Source: Bdellovibrionales bacterium
Lineage (GTDB): Bacteria; Bdellovibrionota; Bdellovibrionia; Bdellovibrionales; UBA1609
Length of the DNA stretch: 16,485 bases
Direction: 5' to 3'
Assembly: GCA_041690295.1 (NCBI GenBank)
Contig: JAWLHR010000030.1
Location: 1 to 16,485 of the forward strand
Every line of letters begins with the position of its first letter. The stretch's first letter is position 1. Made by a program: the position numbers and the translations under genes. Shown here piece by piece: positions 14,444-16,485 of the stretch. The notes beneath the pieces are model-generated. The model did no database searches. It was given only the letters and a program-made list of their open reading frames with translations, and was not told where the DNA came from.

Positions 14444-16471
14444 ATGACTGAAAAACAAGCCCCACTTGATCGGCCTTTGGCACTGGCCGAGACACCGACT
14501 CAAGATCCGCAATTTTCCGTTTCCGTAAAACTTAACGATGGTCAAACCATACGTGTGGCGGACCCACGATCGACGCGCGCGATGATCGCGTTGATGGACA
14601 TGAACGCCGTGCTTGGAGGTGCCGCGAGCCATTGGGGCGGCCCCTCGGCTTTCGCCGAGTTAATGTCGGCCCTTCATGGAATCATGTTCACCGAATCCCG
14701 TCAGGGGCAACGGCCGTGGCATGAACTCTTTCACTTCGTGAATGATGGCGGTCATTGTGAAAACGGACTTTATGCTCTGAAAGCCAATTACGGCTTCAAC
14801 GGTCTGACGATCAATGAATTGAAAAAGTTCCGCTCCATTGAAAGTCGTCTCACGGGGCACGGTGAATCGCATTTGTTTCCCGAAGGCGTGCTGTTGAGCA
14901 ATGGTCCGTTGGGCTCGGCCTTTCCGCAATCGCAAGGTTTGGCGATGGCGGACGCACTCGCGGGCCGAAAACGAGTCACGGTATGCGCCATCACTGATGG
15001 GGCCTGCATGGAGGGTGAGGCGCGCGAAGCCATGGCCGCGATTCCGGGCTTCGCGGCCGCGGGAAAGATGGCGCCTTATGTTTTGATCATCAGTGATAAC
15101 AACACCAAACTCACGGGTCGCATCGACAAAGACGCGTTCTCCATGCAACCCACATTCGCCGCGCTCGCGGCGCTCGGTTGGGACGTGATCGAGCTGAAGA
15201 ACGGCCACGATCTGCAAGCTTGCGTGACCACCATTGAAAACGCTTTACAACGTGTGCGCGAGAATCCGCGCCGGCCGGTGGCCATTCACGCACGGACCAT
15301 CAAAGGTTACGGCGTCAAGAAAACCGAGGAAAGCAGTTCGGGCGGACACGGTTTTCCCTTGAAGTCCCCATCGGAATTGCCTGCCTTCTTGCAAGAGATT
15401 TACGGCGGCGAACCGATTCCCAAACTTTTTACGGATTGGATTTCGGAACTTGAAGCTCAGGCGGCGGCGAAAAAGTCAGCCTCGTCATCGGCGACCCAAG
15501 GTCCCAAAGAACAAAAAGTGCAAGTGGGTGTGAGCGCGGCCTTGATCAAAAAGCGCAAAGAAGGTTTGCCGGTGATTTCCATTTCCTCGGATTTGCCCGG
15601 TTCCACGGGCGTGGCGGACTTTCAGAAAGTTTTTCCGGAAGCGATTCAAGACATCGGCGTCGCCGAAAGCAATATGATTTCCGCGGCGGCGGGAGCTTCA
15701 AAGCTGGGATTCATTCCGGTGGTGGACACGTTCGCTCAATTCGGCGTGACCAAAGGCGGTTTGCCGCTCACCATGGCGGCGTTATCGCAAGCGCCGGTGA
15801 TTGCGATTTTTTCCCATGTGGGTTTTCAAGACGCCGCCGACGGCGCCTCTCATCAGGCGCTGACCTATTTCGCCAAGACCGCGGCCATTCCCCACACGCA
15901 AGTTCACGCGCTCACCTGCAGCGACGAGGCCGAGGCCTTGGTGGCTCAAGCGGTGGATGAGTTCGCGGCCGCGGTTCGTGGCGGCAAGACTCCGGACACT
16001 TACATTTTCTTTCTCGGCCGCGAAAATTTTCCGGCGAACTATGGCGTGAAGAATTACCGTTTGCGTGAGGCGCAAGTCGTGCGCGAGAGCGCCCAACCGA
16101 AGTTGGTCATCGCCGCGGCGGGCGCGCTCCTGGGACAAGCGCTTAAGGCCGCCGACGAACTCGCTAAAACCGGAACCGAGGCCGTGGTCATCAATCCGGC
16201 GATCATCAATCGTCCCGATGTGAACACGTTCAAACGCTATCTCGATCTTTGCGGCGGACACTTACTGACCGTGGAAGATCATCAGGTGATCGGCGGCATG
16301 GGCGCATTGCTTTCGCACGCGCTCTTGCAGGCGGGCGTTTCTTTGAAACTCAAGTCGCTCGGCGTGAAGGGTGAATTCGGTCAGTCGGCTTACAATGCCA
16401 TCGAACTTTATCGGAAGCACGGGCTGGATTCACAAGCCATCGTCCGGGCCGCTCAGGACCTTTTGAGCTGA
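14444..16471 (+). CDS. tkt: Transketolase (TPP-dependent, atypical single-chain form)
   Basis: 675 aa. Motifs 'SHWGG', 'LTGHGE', 'GPLGS', TPP-binding 'TDGACMEG...SDNN', 'TIKGYG', 'GVAESNM', 'TFAQF', 'DGASHQ' and 'TVEDH...GGMG'. Confidence 0.85.
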   Translation: MTEKQAPLDRPLALAETPTQDPQFSVSVKLNDGQTIRVADPRSTRAMIALMDMNAVLGGAASHWGGPSAFAELMSALHGIMFTESRQGQRPWHELFHFVNDGGHCENGLYALKANYGFNGLTINELKKFRSIESRLTGHGESHLFPEGVLLSNGPLGSAFPQSQGLAMADALAGRKRVTVCAITDGACMEGEAREAMAAIPGFAAAGKMAPYVLIISDNNTKLTGRIDKDAFSMQPTFAALAALGWDVIELKNGHDLQACVTTIENALQRVRENPRRPVAIHARTIKGYGVKKTEESSSGGHGFPLKSPSELPAFLQEIYGGEPIPKLFTDWISELEAQAAAKKSASSSATQGPKEQKVQVGVSAALIKKRKEGLPVISISSDLPGSTGVADFQKVFPEAIQDIGVAESNMISAAAGASKLGFIPVVDTFAQFGVTKGGLPLTMAALSQAPVIAIFSHVGFQDAADGASHQALTYFAKTAAIPHTQVHALTCSDEAEALVAQAVDEFAAAVRGGKTPDTYIFFLGRENFPANYGVKNYRLREAQVVRESAQPKLVIAAAGALLGQALKAADELAKTGTEAVVINPAIINRPDVNTFKRYLDLCGGHLLTVEDHQVIGGMGALLSHALLQAGVSLKLKSLGVKGEFGQSAYNAIELYRKHGLDSQAIVRAAQDLLS

Positions 16472-16485
16472 CGGAATCGTGAAAA

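Noticed and set aside
1..16485. CRISPR array, tRNA/rRNA, IS or prophage genes, anti-phage defence system
   Set aside because: I saw no spaced direct repeats, RNA gene signatures, or transposase, integrase or defence nuclease motifs. Intergenic spaces are all 140 bp or shorter and composition looks uniform.

Overview
This is a dense bacterial chromosomal window of about 55% GC (estimated by eye) with 17 intact-looking CDSs. I see no RNA gene, CRISPR array, mobile element or obvious pseudogene. Gene order: SirB1/transglutaminase-like TPR protein (-) divergent from a SpoIIE/PP2C-like protein, CitZ-type citrate synthase, receiver-like/PilZ protein, crotonase-family protein and secreted S8 protease (+). 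Next come a GNAT-lipoprotein-elbB unit (-) divergent from nth-doxX-thiBPQ (+), then adenosine deaminase-methyltransferase (-) divergent from an atypical single-chain transketolase (+). The gene content is reminiscent of Bdellovibrionota, which is an inference and not verified. The most notable unexplained signals are as follows. (1) All three short divergent spacers (81-89 bp) hold sigma70-like -10 boxes about 6 nt upstream of SD-less ATGs, suggesting back-to-back leaderless mRNAs. (2) Citrate synthase is flanked by two apparently degenerate signalling proteins: a PP2C lacking metal-binding Asps and a pseudo-receiver/PilZ protein lacking RxxxR. (3) A Trp-rich crotonase lacks the second catalytic Glu. 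(4) The thiamine ABC transporter has no room for a TPP riboswitch and is coupled to nth-doxX. I found no convincing novel multi-gene defence or mobile system.
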